Assembly (NCBI RefSeq): GCF_006345805.1
Contig: NC_043002.1
Span: forward strand, 66,836,001 to 66,900,000
Length of the DNA: 64,000 nucleotides
From: Octopus sinensis
Lineage: Eukaryota
Direction of reading: 5' to 3'
Part shown: positions 1 to 12,506 of the stretch, piece by piece
Layout: every line of letters begins with the position of its first letter
Numbering within the stretch: the stretch's first letter is position 1
Made by a program: the position numbers and the translations under genes
Notes under the pieces: model-generated
Told to the model about the DNA's origin: nothing
The model's input: the letters and a program-made list of their open reading frames with translations, nothing else
The model's database searches: none

Positions 1-349
1 ATCAATTAACCCTTTCTCTCTCCTCACCATTTGCTAGTTTTGTGTCTAAATTAATAATAATTAATCAGTCGGAGAGTGACGATCTGAAAAATCGATAGAG
101 CATCGGACAAAATATCATGTGCTATTTCTTCCGGTTCTTTACGTTCCAATTTCAGATCTCGCTCAAATCAGCTTTACTTTTCAACCATCCGTGGTCGATA
201 AAATAAAGTACCAGTGAAGTACTTACCAGGTCGATGGTGTTCACTAGCCCCATTCTCGTCAAGAATATTTGGTTTTTATATAGTTTCTGTTTGACCAATT
301 TTACTTAAAAGGTATGTGCTGCTCCGAGGTTATTTTTTTTTCTTCCCAG

Positions 350-439
350 TTGCTCAAGATGCTACGCAGCGGAATGGAAGCTGGAAGCTCTAGATTGCGA
401 AGAGAACTTCTTAACCACCGAAACACATCATGCTTGCAT
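350..439 (+). CDS. candidate internal exon (90 nt), host gene unknown
   Basis: Acceptor ttttttttcttcccag| and donor |gtatgg. Open in two frames (LLKMLRSGMEAG... or CSRCYAAEWKLEALDC...). No recognisable homology. Confidence 0.2.
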
Positions 440-1483
440 GTATGGTTCGGAACAAAGCGCGCGCGCACATACTCAAACACAGTTCTCTGTATGCATAATA
501 CATGCATGTGTCAAAGTGAGGGCCTCTCTTAGTTGATGTTCGCCAGGTTAGAAATAGCAGCAGCCAAGTTTCTCTGAAATCACACCCAGACAAGTTTATC
601 ACAAGTCACTCGAACAACTACGTCCTATACACACAAACACACACGTCATTATTGAGTTTTATTTCAAGATTTCTTGCCAATACAGAAAGAGCCAGTTTCT
701 AACCTAGATCCAAGACACCTCCATTGGAATTTAAACATCAACAACAGAATTTTTTGCATCTATGTATGTTTACGCGCAGATTTCTACGTTTTGTTTTATG
801 TACGTCTACTCATGCGTTCGATACACTATAACGACACAGCAACTCAAGTGTATAAGCCTTAACAGTGAAGAGCTTCCTTGTTTTTTCTCTCCTAACATCT
901 TCAAAAAAAAAAAACGCATGGTTGTATATCTAGACATGTTCATATATACTTAAATGATAGGATTTTTACAGTTCCAGTGATGGTTTGGATCTGTAGTCTT
1001 TGAATCAGCTTTCTCCTTTCTCGTATGTATGCATGCATGCATAGGACGTTGTCGCCCTCTGGCCACAAATGTGGTTTGGAAAATACAAGAGAAAGAGGAC
1101 ATCTAAGGATCATTGATAAGAAGTTTGCAAATCCAGTACCGAAGATACACTTTCTGTTTCGCACCCATTATTATTGGAGCCACAGGTATTGATGAACATG
1201 GAATTTTGGGGAGAGAATGCAAATCCTTAATTCTTACACTACAAATGATCACGATATCTGGGACTACAAAAGCCTGTAAGACGTTCTCAAGATTTATAGG
1301 ATGATGAGCAAAATGAGATGCTTTCCTTCATAACCTTGCTGCCAAAATTTATTCCAAACTAAAAAGAGAAAAAGAACGAACACGCACGCACGCAAGCGCC
1401 GTTTACCATCGGTCTGTTTGATCAGAGGTGACTTGAAACTAAATAACATTATCATCTTCATCACCAACAAAAACACATATATA

Positions 1484-1877
1484 GGCGCAGGAGTGGCTGT
1501 GTGGTAAGTAGCTTGTTTACCAACCACGTGGTTCCTGGTTCAGTTCCACTGCGTGACACTTTGAGCAAGTGTCTTCTACTATAGCCTCGGGCCGACCAAA
1601 GCCTTGTGAGTGGATTTGGTAGACGGAAACTGAAAGAAGCCCGTCGTATATATGTTTGTGTGTGTATATGTTTGTGTGTCTGTGTTTGTCCCTCCAACAT
1701 CGCTTGACAACCGATGCTGGTGTGCTTACGTTCCCGTAACTTAGCGGTTCGGCAAAGAGAGACCGATAGAATAAGTACTAGGCTTACAAAGAATAAGTCC
1801 TGGGGTCGATTTTCTCGACTAAAGACGATGCTCCAGCTTGGCCGCTGTCAAATGACGGAAACAAGTAAAGAGTTAAG
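1484..1877 (+). mobile_element. SINE-A, full length (tRNA head + CORE-like segment + internal microsatellite + CR1-like tail)
   Basis: A box TGGCTGTGTGGT, B box GGTTCAGTTCC, CORE-like CTTGAGCAAGTGTCTTCT, internal TA/TG repeat, 3' end GCTCCAGCTTGGCCGCTGTCAAATGACGGAAAC. Repeated many times in the window. Confidence 0.9.
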
Positions 1878-3228
1878 AGTGATTTGCGCGCGCACGCATA
1901 CACACACACCACACACACACACTTTCCCCGTTTTTTTTTGTTTTTTTTTGTGCCCTAGATACGAAGTGTATTAAGTATAATCTAAAGAATATAGGGAAGT
2001 TGAATAAGCCACAGTAAACTGTACTTTCTTTATAGTATAACCAGAATACTTAATTCTATAAACTTCTCTGATTCTGGCGTCGAAAGTATAGAAGAAAAAC
2101 GCAAACAGAACACTTTATATTCAGATGCAGCACACGCATATATATATATATATATATGAACACATATTTTGTTATATATGTTAATATAAAACGAACACTT
2201 ATAAAAGAATTAAATCAAACAGTGGCAGGTTATTATTTATGTTTCATTTTCCCACACTTGACAACAACAGTTTGTCTCAGAGTCTATTTTCTTACTTCAG
2301 TCTATTTTACTTATTTATTCATTGCGTTTTTTTTTTTTTTTTGAAGATGTTAGGAGAGAAAAAACAAGGAAGCTCTTCACTGTTAAGGCTTATACACTTG
2401 AGTTGCTGTGTCGTTATAGTGTATCGTTTATTGACAGCCTGTTAGTTTGAGACAGTCATCTAAGTCAGCCGATCTCATCATATGTCAGTAAAGTGCACTA
2501 GATTTTCTCAGCAGAGCGTCGAATCGGCAAGATAGAATCACAGACCGCTGGCCAGAACATAAAGAATTCTATTTATTGTAACATATAGCATTAACAAGAA
2601 AATATGGTTTTGCTTTATATATATTTCACGAAATTCTTCTCTGTATTAAAAAAAAAAAAAAACGAGGAAAAAATTTAAATTATATGGGCAAGTTTATTTT
2701 TGACTTCTTAATGTTATTTAGTTTACCAGCAAGAGAAAGTTTTAGAAGACACGCAAATTTGTTCAACAACTCGAATGGTTCGTGTGGGTGGAAACGTACT
2801 CGTGTTGCGTGTGTGTGTGTGTATGGTAATCTGTGGGTCTTAAACTTCGTCTTCCTGTTGGGTACCTCAGAAATTAGTCTGCCGGAGTTAAAATTCAATG
2901 AAAAGAACTGAGAATGCCAAAGTAGCATCACAGAGCGCGACAGAACCCCACCACCCATGTTTTAGATGGCCATTGGTGTATCGCTAGGCAAGTCAGCCAG
3001 GGTGGAAATGGTGCTTTTACTGTAAATTAATGGGTTAACGTCTATTCTTTTAATTTTCTTTTTTTGTTACCGCCAGGCTTTAAGCTTGCGTAGGCATGGC
3101 TGTGTGGTAAGAAGTTTGTTTCCAAACCACATGGCATTTGGATAAGTGCCAACGCACGAAACTCTCGCACCTTGAATCATCCTGTTGTTTCTGCTAAATA
3201 TTAATAAAAAAAAAAAACAAACATAAAA

Positions 3229-4084
3229 GGGCGGTGAGCTGGCAGAAGCGTTAGCATACCTTTTATCTGTCCTTGTTTGTTCCCTCTATGTTTAGCCTCT
3301 TGTGGGCAATAAAGAAATAAGAAACGTTAGCACACCGGGCGAAATGCCTAGCGGTATTTCGTCTGCCGCTACGTTCTGAGTTCAAATTCCGCCGAGGTTG
3401 ACTTTGCCTTTTATCCTTTTGGGGTCGATTAAATAAGTACCAGTGACGCACTGGGGTCGATACAATCGACTTAATCCGTTTGTCTGTCCTTGTTCGTCCC
3501 TTCTGTGTTTAGCCCCTTGTGGGTTGTAAAGAAATGGGTATTTCGTCTGCTGCTACGTTCTGAGTTCAAATTCCGCCGAGGTCGACTTTGCCTTTCATCC
3601 TTTCGGGGTCGATTAAATAAGTACCAGTTACTCACTGGGGTCGATACAATCGACATAATCCGTTTATCTGTCCTTGTTCGTCCCCTCTGTGTTAAGCCCC
3701 TTATGGGTAGTAAAGAAATAGGTATTTCGTCTGTTTTTACGTTCTGAGTTCAAATTTCGCCGAGGTCGACTTTGCCTTTTATCCTTCCGGGGTCAATAAA
3801 TTAAGTACAAGTTGTGTCCTGAGGTCGATCTAATCCACTGGCCCCCTCCCCCAAAATGTCGGTCCTTATGCCTAGAGTAGAAAATAATCGTTAGCAGGCC
3901 GGGCGGAATGCTTAGCGGTATTTCGTCTGTTTTTACGTTCTGAGTTCAAATTCCGCCGGGGTCGATTTTGCCTTTCATCCTTTCGGGGTCGATGAATTAA
4001 GTACTAGTTGCGTAGTGGGGTCGATCTAATTGACTGGCCTCCTCTCCAAAAATTTCGGGCTTTGTGCCTAGAGTAGAAAAGATT
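3229..4084 (+). mobile_element. SINE-B tandem array (about 4.5 units, two tail types)
   Basis: Head GGCGGTGAGCTGGCAGAA, B box GAGTTCAAATTCC, central GCCTTTCATCCTTTCGGGGTCGAT..AAGTACCAG block repeated. Tail-1 (..TAAAGAAATA) on inner units, tail-2 (..GTGCCTAGAGTAGAAAA) on the last two. Confidence 0.9.
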
Positions 4085-4179
4085 AATGAAAAACATACGT
4101 ATAATTTGAGTTTTATTTTTCCTGTTTGCATCAACATGCATGCGCACACACACATGTGTATATCTGTGTGTATTTGTGT

Positions 4180-4385
4180 TTATGTTTGTCGCCCACTATC
4201 GCTTGACAACTGGTGTTCGTTTGTTTACCTCCTCCTAATTTAGCGGTCCGGCAAAAGAGGCCGATGGAATAAGTACCATACTTTAAAACTAATAAGTAGT
4301 GGAGTCGATTTGTCCGACTAAACCCTTGAAGGCGGTGCCCCAGCACGGCTGCAGTCCAGTGACTAAAACTAGTAAAAGATAGATC
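4180..4385 (+). mobile_element. SINE-A 3' module
   Basis: TCGCTTGACAAC...GGCGGTGCCCCAGCACGGCTGCAGTC matches the 3' half of 1484-1877. Confidence 0.85.
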
Positions 4386-4689
4386 AGAGATAGGATACGT
4401 AACGTGAGTTTAGCAACAGTAAAACAATGGAAACACATTTTGTGGTGAATGGATAATAGCATGGTATATCTTGGTCTGTGTTTGTGAAGTAATGTATTCA
4501 ATCCAGTTAGAAATTCCAGACGATGAAAGAAATTCTTGATCCCTTTGAAGACTTCTTAAGAAGGGTAGCATTGATTGAGTACTTGGATATTTGAGGCTGA
4601 CTTATTTCACAATATTTCCGTTGTACCGCACCGGCAAGCAGCAAGCATGTAAAAGTAATTGTGGTTAGGGTCAAACTAAGCGAAAATAT

Positions 4690-4742
4690 AGTGAGTCTGT
4701 CTGTTTGTCTATCTATCTGTTGTTTGTCTATCTATCTATTTG

Positions 4743-4775
<33 letters not shown>

Positions 4776-4890
4776 TTGTCTATCTATCTATCTGTCTATC
4801 GATATGTCTGTCTATCTGTTCGTCTGTGTGTGTATGTATGTGTATATATGTATGTGCCGTAGGTATGTGTTTATATGTGTGTGTATGTGT
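4690..4890. repeat. (TCTA)n/(TG)n microsatellite
   Basis: Direct reading. Confidence 0.95.
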
Positions 4891-5461
4891 GTGGTGGAGG
4901 TTGTGTGCTGTCAACAGAATCGTTAAATTCTCATGAAACTCTCCAAAGTATTTAGTTAAACCATGAATTTAAAGAATTTCGCTTTAAGATACAGACAGCA
5001 TCAAAGTATAATTGTTGAAATGCAAATTGTGGCCAAAACAACAATAATAATTACTAAAACAAAGTCTTCGTTTCCTTCTTGGTATGATGATGGATGTACA
5101 ATCGCCGCTGAAACAGAATCTTCATATACAGGTTCGATTCTTGATCGAGCCATTTACCTCTTTTAACTCCAGTTATCTATTCAAATTGCAGACAATTCAC
5201 AGTCAATGGTCTCTGAAGGGATGGGTTTTCTCGGATTGATTTGACCTTAGTCTATTAGATGACGATAAAATCTTATCTAACAATTCATTAAGGATTATTG
5301 AACTTTTTTATTTGCTCAAGATGGCTGTCATATCGTTTCTGACGGAGATTGTTTACGATTAAGCGGTGTGTTTTTATTCATTAAACTAGACACTTTAGAT
5401 TTAATAATTGTTTTCTTCTAGTTACCTATGGTCTCAAACTTTTGGTTCGAGGTTAGCAAGT

Positions 5462-5990
5462 TCGGCGGAGGGAGCAAGTCGATTACATCGGCCTCGTGTC
5501 GACCCCGAAAAAGATAAAAGGCAAAGTCGACTCCGGCGGCATTTGGACTCAGAGCGTAAAGTCGGACGAAATACCTATTTCTTTACTACCCACAAGGGGC
5601 TAAACACAGAGGGAACAAACAAGGACAGACAAACGGATTAAGTCGATTATATCGACGCCAGGACACAATTGCTACTTATTTTATGAAACCCTGAAGGGAT
5701 GAGAGGTAAAGTCGACCTCAGCGGAATTTGAACTCAGAACGTGAAAACGGACGAAATAGCTATTTCTTTACTACCCACAAGGAGCTAAACACAGAAAGGA
5801 CAAACAAGGACAGACAAACGGATTAAGTCGATTATATCGGCCCAGTGCGTAACTGGTACTTATTTAATCGACCCCGAAAGGATGAAAGGCAAAGTCGACC
5901 TCGGCGGAATTTGAACTCAGAACGTAACGACAGACGAAATACTGCTAAGCATTTCGCCCGGCATGCTAACGATTCTGCCAGCTCGCCGCC
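5462..5990 (-). mobile_element. SINE-B tandem array (3 units)
   Basis: Reverse complement of the SINE-B body. Junction GACGAAATAC/GCTATTTCTTTAC near 5570 and 5755; full head ends at 5990. Confidence 0.9.
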
Positions 5991-6649
5991 TTAGTAATAG
6001 TTACGTAATTCAACCTAATTAATAAACAACTTTCTTTATTACAATACAAATAGATATTATGACAGATTCATTTAAACTGATGGAGATCTTGCTGTAGTTC
6101 TCATACTCTCTATCTCTGGTTATCATGACAATGCGGTATGATTAACAAATAATGAATACATGCTTCACAGCATGAAATGGAAGGAGGTGAAAGGTCAAGA
6201 GCGCCACCTGTTTTAAATATTCAATTTGAGTAGTCTATGATTATACAATGCAACTTAATAAAATATGGCTGTCTTTCTGAGAAAAAAGGTTGTCTGAGAG
6301 TGGTTATGCTATTGTCATTCTGGTTTAGCCCCAAGACAGCTCTGCTCGAGTAGGACTATGATCAAAGTATTTCTAACCGTGACCATTTCATCGCATTTTT
6401 TCCGGTTTCAATACAGTTTCAATGTATCTAAAACCGCATTATCCGAGGTATCTTTCCAACTTTTAAAAGAGTTTAGCAAGTGATTTGAGGCATATCTGCT
6501 ACTACTTCTAGCAAGTCAAGCGACCATTTAAAAGCTCTCTCGTTGGCGCGAGTGCGTATGAGATTTGCTGAGGTAATTATATATATAGGTATATAGACTT
6601 AAACATATACAGTAATTAAAATGTAAATTTTGTATGTATGTATGTATGA

Positions 6650-6825
6650 AGCCCAGTTACAACTACAGCCGGCTATTACCGGTAAAGGTATTAGTTGCCA
6701 ATTCTATACAAGACATTGTAGATCTTTAGCTGGGCTAAAAAGTCACATTCGATCGCAGCACCAGTAACAGTTAAGCTTCGTGCAATGGCCATACTCGATA
6801 ACGTGGGGGCAGCCATAATAATAAT
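6650..6825 (+). mobile_element. RTE LINE 3' fragment
   Basis: Encodes degenerate C2H2 finger SCQFYTRHCRSLAGLKSHIRSQH followed by a short UTR and (ATA)n tail, as at RTE ORF ends. Confidence 0.6.
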
Positions 6826-6946
6826 GTATGTAAGTCATTATTCAGTTTTATTTCAAGTACTGGAATTTCAACATCAACAGGATATATTTGTATGTATACA
6901 TGCAGATTTGTATGTTTTGTTTCATGTATGTCTTCTCATGCATATA

Positions 6947-7518
6947 CGAGGGAAAGTCAAAAATTATCCGCGCTTTTGCCATAACATATCTTTATTATTG
7001 TCACACTGTCTTCTGTGCATGCATGCTTATAGTTAGTACTGTTATGGTCACGTGATCGATGTTTGAGCCTGATCGCGCCAGTTTTCTTGTGCACCAAAGA
7101 ACAAAGAGCAGTGGTTCGAGAGATGGTTCACCGCTATCATCTCTCGAGTTTGCTGGATTTTCTCGTCAGTGGTGAGGTTGAGGGGCGTCATGCTCCCTCT
7201 TCGTGCATCACGCTTGTCCGGCCACTTTTAAACTTCTCGATCCACACTACGCAGTAGGACACTGTCCTTGCATTGTGCTAAAAGCCTCCGATGAATTTCA
7301 GCACCTGATACACCTTCCGACCAGAGAAATCGGATCACTGTTCTCTGTTCTTCTTTGGTGCACATTGTTAGTGGAGTGGCCATGCTTACAATGTAAAGCC
7401 AGAAAGAAAAATGGCACTATCAGCCTCAAACTTCGATCACGTGACCATAATAGCACCAACTATAAGCACGCATGCACTGAAAGTAGTGTGACAATAATAA
7501 AGATATGTTATGGCGAAA
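6947..7518. mobile_element. fold-back mariner derivative made of two inverted 5' ends
   Basis: TA|CGAGGGAAAGTCAAAAA TIR start. About 6975-7110 is an inverted copy of about 7350-7518. Minus strand encodes mariner HTH N-terminus MATPLTMCTKEEQRTVIRFLWSEGVSGAEIHRRL...EKFKSGRTSV. Confidence 0.8.
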
Positions 7519-7735
7519 TACTTATTTTATGGGTCTTTTTGCCGAACCGCTAAGTTACGGGGATGTAAATACACCAACACTAGTTCTCAAACGATAGTGG
7601 GGGGGGGGGGACAAACACACACACCGTCTTCCAAATCCACTCAAACGGCTTTGGTCGGCCCGAGGCTATAGCTGAAGATACTTGCGCAAGGTGCCACGCA
7701 GCGGGACTGAACCCCGAACCATGTGCTTGAGTAGT
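7519..7735 (-). mobile_element. SINE-A, internally deleted
   Basis: Reverse complement of the head/CORE and part of the 3' module. It replaces the outer right TIR of the mariner. Confidence 0.8.
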
Positions 7736-7739
7736 AGTA

Positions 7740-10153
7740 GAAATGAAAGGTTTTGTTCCAGATGTGAGCTGTTCTGTAGATATCAGTTCTGGCATCGCGT
7801 CCAACGTACTGGCAGCGAGGTTGGCCCTCGACCAACACCTCAACGCCAAACACTAAGGATGCGTTGTCAGAGCTAGGATGCGTGCTCTGAGGAACGGAGT
7901 TGGTGCCGCCCGAGAGGCTCGAGTGACGGAGGCGAAACGAGGAAACAAAGCCACCATTAGGTCTCTGACGGATGAACAGGGGGCGCGATTTACTCGAGCC
8001 TGAAAGGATATGTGAGGCCTTTCAGCAACACTTTGCCCGACTGTTTGGGACAACTGGTTGATCAGAACGCAGAGTGGTCTTTAGTGCCTACCTGCATGGC
8101 CTGCCACGACTCTCAGCAAGAGAGGCGGAGTGTTGTGAAAGACCTATCACAGCCGCGGACGTGATGGCAGGCTGCGCGGGAGACACGTCGCCAGGCTTGA
8201 ATGGTCTTCCCTATAAACTTTATTGTCATATGCCAGACTTGTTTAGAGGTGTCTTGGCAGCTGTCTTCTGTAACTGGCAGCAAAACGGGAATATCCCCGT
8301 CTCTGTAAAGCGAGTGCTAAAGAAAGATCCAAACAAGGGGAACGTCATAGATAACTCCAGGCCCATCACTCTATTCAATGCAGATTTGAAGATTTTGGCC
8401 AAGGTGTTAGCCGAGAGGTTGGCGCTTGTCATCGAGAAACTAGTCGACAAGGCGCAAACGTGCGCCGTGCCGGGTAGGAGTATCCATCTAAGGACAGGGT
8501 GGTTAAGAAAGCTGGCATGGGCGGGGCGCTGATCAATTTGGATCCATCAAAAGCTTTCGATATGGTAGACCATCACTACTTGGAGGCTGTACTTAGAGCG
8601 GCTGGTTTCGGTCCCATCTTCCGTGGTTGGATCGCAGCGGCATTCGCTCGGTAGTTCGCGTAAATGGTCATCTGTCTAGACCATTTAACATCACGCGTTC
8701 GTTTCGCCAAGGATGTCCCCTCTCGTCGCTTCTGTTCGTATTGACTCTTGAGCAGGAGCTGGCGACGCTGAGGGGCATCTCGCGAGAGCTGGAATGCGGG
8801 AGAGCGTGTATGCATACGCGGACGACGTCACCGTCATAGTGTCGAGCCACAGGCAAATCGACCTGGTCGGCGAGACACTAAGACGAAGCGGTAACGGGAG
8901 CAAAAATTAAACGAGAAAAGTCAGTGGGTTTGCAGCTCGGCACCTGGAGAAGCAAGTTCATGCCGTCCAACAGCGTCTCCATCGTGGGACGCTGGACCGA
9001 CGAACCGGTTAAATTGCTCGGAGTCTGGTTCGGTCCGGACCTCCAAATGGAGAAGAACTGGGGCGAGATAACGACTAGGGTAGCCACTCGCACTCAGCAA
9101 TGGGCCGAGAGGAAGCTATCCCTAAAAGGTCGGGCAAAGGTGACGAATACGTACATCGCATCCGTCATCGAGTACCGTCTGACCGTCGTACATTGTCCCA
9201 CCCCTACCATCACCAAACTGGAACGCATACTCTTCCGCTTTTTTGAGGAAGGGAAGTGTTCCGATGGTTAGGCGATTCATTTGATGTCAACATCCGCTAA
9301 ATGGAGAGCATGCCGTGGTTTATGATGCGCAGACATACGTTGAGACTGCGACATCTCCGGCGCTTCATAGACCACAGTGAACAGATGTGGTCGCCGTTTG
9401 TGCTATCGAGAAGCATTATCCTTCCGGGATAAGCTCTACAGACACGGTTCGATACACACCGGACCGACTTGCCCGAGATGCGGTCTGAGCGACGAAACCA
9501 TTCTGCACGCACTCATGCAGTGTCCAACCAGTTCAGACCTGTGGGCTTATGCCGAACGGCTGCTGTCACGTGTGGGACGAATTCGCTTGTCGGTCGAGTC
9601 TATCGGGAAAATTGCTCCGCCACCTTCCCTCAACCAGGAAGGCAAAGCAGTCTTCATCGTACTGGTGGCCATAGTGAAAGAATGTGTGTGGTGGACTCGA
9701 GCGAAAGGATTAGAGACAAACGCTTACCTCTCTGGCCAATCGCTCATCAACTTTTTCAAGTACCACTTGAAAAGGAAGGTGAGAATAGAGAGGCAAGTTT
9801 TGTCTCGTGAAAGTTTCAACAAAAGGTGGGTGAATGTAGCAAAGATCGTACGTGCGCGTGACGAAACCACTTTGAGCATGATCCTGTAAATCCAAAAGAG
9901 AGAGAGAGAGAGAGCACTTTGCTCGCATGTGTATATTCCCTCCCTGTCTGAGGTTACCGTGGTCTTTTCCGTAGGTTTTTCTTTCCACGGATAAACTTAA
10001 TCTTGTTTTGAACTCTTAATATTTTCTGTGATACACGATCAGAACTTTTGATCAGAACTTTATTTTTCTCCTTTTTTTTTTCTATTTTCGAAAAGAAAAG
10101 CTCTACATTGTATTTTGTCCCCTCTGTTAGACCCTGTGTGGCTAATAAAGAAA
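7740..10153 (+). mobile_element. L1-Tx1 clade LINE, 5'-truncated, decayed ORF2
   Basis: ORF pieces SPGLNGLPYKLY, NSRPITLFNADLKILAKVLAERL, FRQGCPLSSLLF, ayADDV-like segment, C-terminal CPRCGLSDETILHALMQC zinc knuckle. Ends AATAAAGAAA. Confidence 0.9.
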
Positions 10154-10639
10154 CTTATGTATGTATGTATCTATCTATCAATCCATCCAGCCAACCACCT
10201 TTCTCGCTGTCTGTCGGTCGGTCCGTCCATCCGTATACACACATACAGAACACGAAATCACAACAAAGATTCACATAAAAGCAGGCGTAGATTCACGTAA
10301 GGTCACACGTAATACATTTTCTAACGTCAACCTATGCAAGCATCGCCTTAATTATTGCAAGCATTTCTCCACTCTCCCACCACTTTGGGTGTGGGTTGTT
10401 GCTGTTTAGCTTGAGTGACACTCTCATATTCCACTCGCTAATACGATATGAAACTTTCTTACTGGTTGCCACGCTACACTAAGCTGTCAGCTTCAAGACC
10501 GATATTGCTAGCCGTAAGATGTTTGAAGAGTTAGATTGCCACCAAGTGTCACTCGACCAACACTACTTGAGAAGAGTACTATTTCCTCTGCAAACACTAA
10601 TTAGTTGAGGTATGGGTACATTCAACTCAGCAAATCCTC

Positions 10640-10743
10640 CTTTACACACACACACACGCACATTAACATATAAACATATACGTATATGTATATATATATA
10701 TAGATACGTATATACATATAGATACGAATATATATGTAGATAC

Positions 10744-10794
<51 letters not shown>

Positions 10795-10835
10795 CGTAGA
10801 TACGTATATATATGTTTATACATGTGTGTAGATAC

Positions 10836-10893
<58 letters not shown>

Positions 10894-11130
10894 GTATATA
10901 TGTGTGTAGATACGTATATATATATGTATATATGTGTGTAGATACGTATATATATATATAAATAAATATACTCATACATATATCTATATATCTATCTATC
11001 TATCCATCCATCCAGCCACCTTTGTCTGTCTGTCGGTCCGTCCGTCCGTCATTCCATCCGTATACACACATATAGAACACGAAATCACAACACAGATTCA
11101 CGTGTATGTATGTATGTATGTATGTATGTG
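10640..11130. repeat. compound (TA)/(TG)/(TATG) microsatellite
   Basis: Direct reading. Confidence 0.95.
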
Positions 11131-11458
11131 CATTACTCCATTCATACAAAATCTCTTATAACCCAGTTTTTGTACAAAAGATCAACTTTTGACTTGTACA
11201 ATCCGACATTTCCGACAAAAAGACCTCTACCCACCCTTTATACGAACCCTTCAATACCAAGTTCTAGAGACGAACCCCTTAATATCAACCCCTTAAACAG
11301 TCCGCCAGAGACAAATTCAGGGGATTATGTAGTCAGTTCCGATTTGTGTACAAAAGTTAGGTAGGTATTTTTTGAACAGAAAATGTTTTTCGCATTTTAA
11401 AACGACAGACATATAGCAGTGTATACACAAAAAATGTATACACATATACATTTAAATA

Positions 11459-11681
11459 GGCGGAGACGAGACTGTGTGATAAGAAGTCTGTTTTTCAACC
11501 ACATGGTTCTGGGTTCAGTCCCACTACGAGGCGCCTTGGGTAAAAGTGTTCTACTGTAGCCTCGGCTCGACAAAAGATTGTGAGTGGATTTAGCAGACGG
11601 AAACTGAAAGAAGACCGTCGTATATATGTATGTATGTATATATAATTGTGTGTCTGTGTTTGTCCCTCCAACATCGCTTGG
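11459..11681 (+). mobile_element. SINE-A 5' part, 3'-truncated
   Basis: Head, CORE and microsatellite present. Breaks off after CCAACATCGCTTG. Confidence 0.85.
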
Positions 11682-11715
11682 CTAAGAGTCATCATTCAGT
11701 CACACTGGACAGATG

Positions 11716-11754
<39 letters not shown>

Positions 11755-11780
11755 ATATGTATGTATGTATGTATGTATGT

Positions 11781-12083
11781 GGAGACGCAATGGCCTAGTG
11801 GTTAGGGCAGCGGACTCGCGGTCGCAGGATCGCGGTTTCGATTCCCAGACCGGGCATTGTGAGTGTTTATTGAGCGAAAATACATAAAAGCTCCACGAGG
11901 CTCCGGCAGAGGGTGGTGATCCCTGCTGTACTCTTTCACCACTCTTTCTTCCACTCTTTCTTCTGTTGGCCTGCTCGCTTAGCCAGCGGGGTGGCGTCAT
12001 TCGAAGGCTAAAACAATGCGAACGCATTGTGACCAGCGATGTGTAACAACATCTGATGGTCTGGTCGGTCACGTGATCACGTG

Positions 12084-12085
<2 letters not shown>
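11781..12085 (+). mobile_element. SINE-D (tRNA-derived), full length
   Basis: A box TGGCCTAGTGG, B box GGTTTCGATTCC, tail (TCACGTGA)2. Second copy at 63190. Confidence 0.85.
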
Positions 12086-12114
<29 letters not shown>

Positions 12115-12122
12115 ATATATAT

Positions 12123-12506
12123 AAATCTTTAGTTAAATATATTCAATAAGAATATTGTATCCTGAATTTATATTGAGTGCTCTATTATATCAGTCATCAT
12201 TATCAGTTTTCTGATATTGATTTCCTAATATTAATAATATATATAATAATAAATATTAGGGAATAAATCCAAATTTACAGGGAAAAATCAGATTTAGGAC
12301 TGAATCCAATTTTATAGTAAAATATTATATAATATTAATTAGAGACAAAACCACTATTATGCAAATCAAACAAAGAAAGACTTAATCCAATAGATAAAAT
12401 TTTTTATATAAATTAAATAAAATTTTATTTAATTTATATAAAATTTTTTATGTATTGGATTAAGTCTTTCTTTGTTTGATTTGCATAATAGTGGTTTTGT
12501 CTCTAA

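Noticed and set aside
5020-5153. Minus-strand 50-aa ORF with a hydrophobic C-terminus (MARSRIEPVYED...)
   Set aside because: The hydrophobic part comes from an A/T-rich triplet tract. No splice or promoter support; expected by chance.
11167-11360. Pro-rich open frame ending at AG|gtaggt
   Set aside because: Weak acceptor, TGTACAAAA-type inverted ends suggest a small repeat, and there is no homology.
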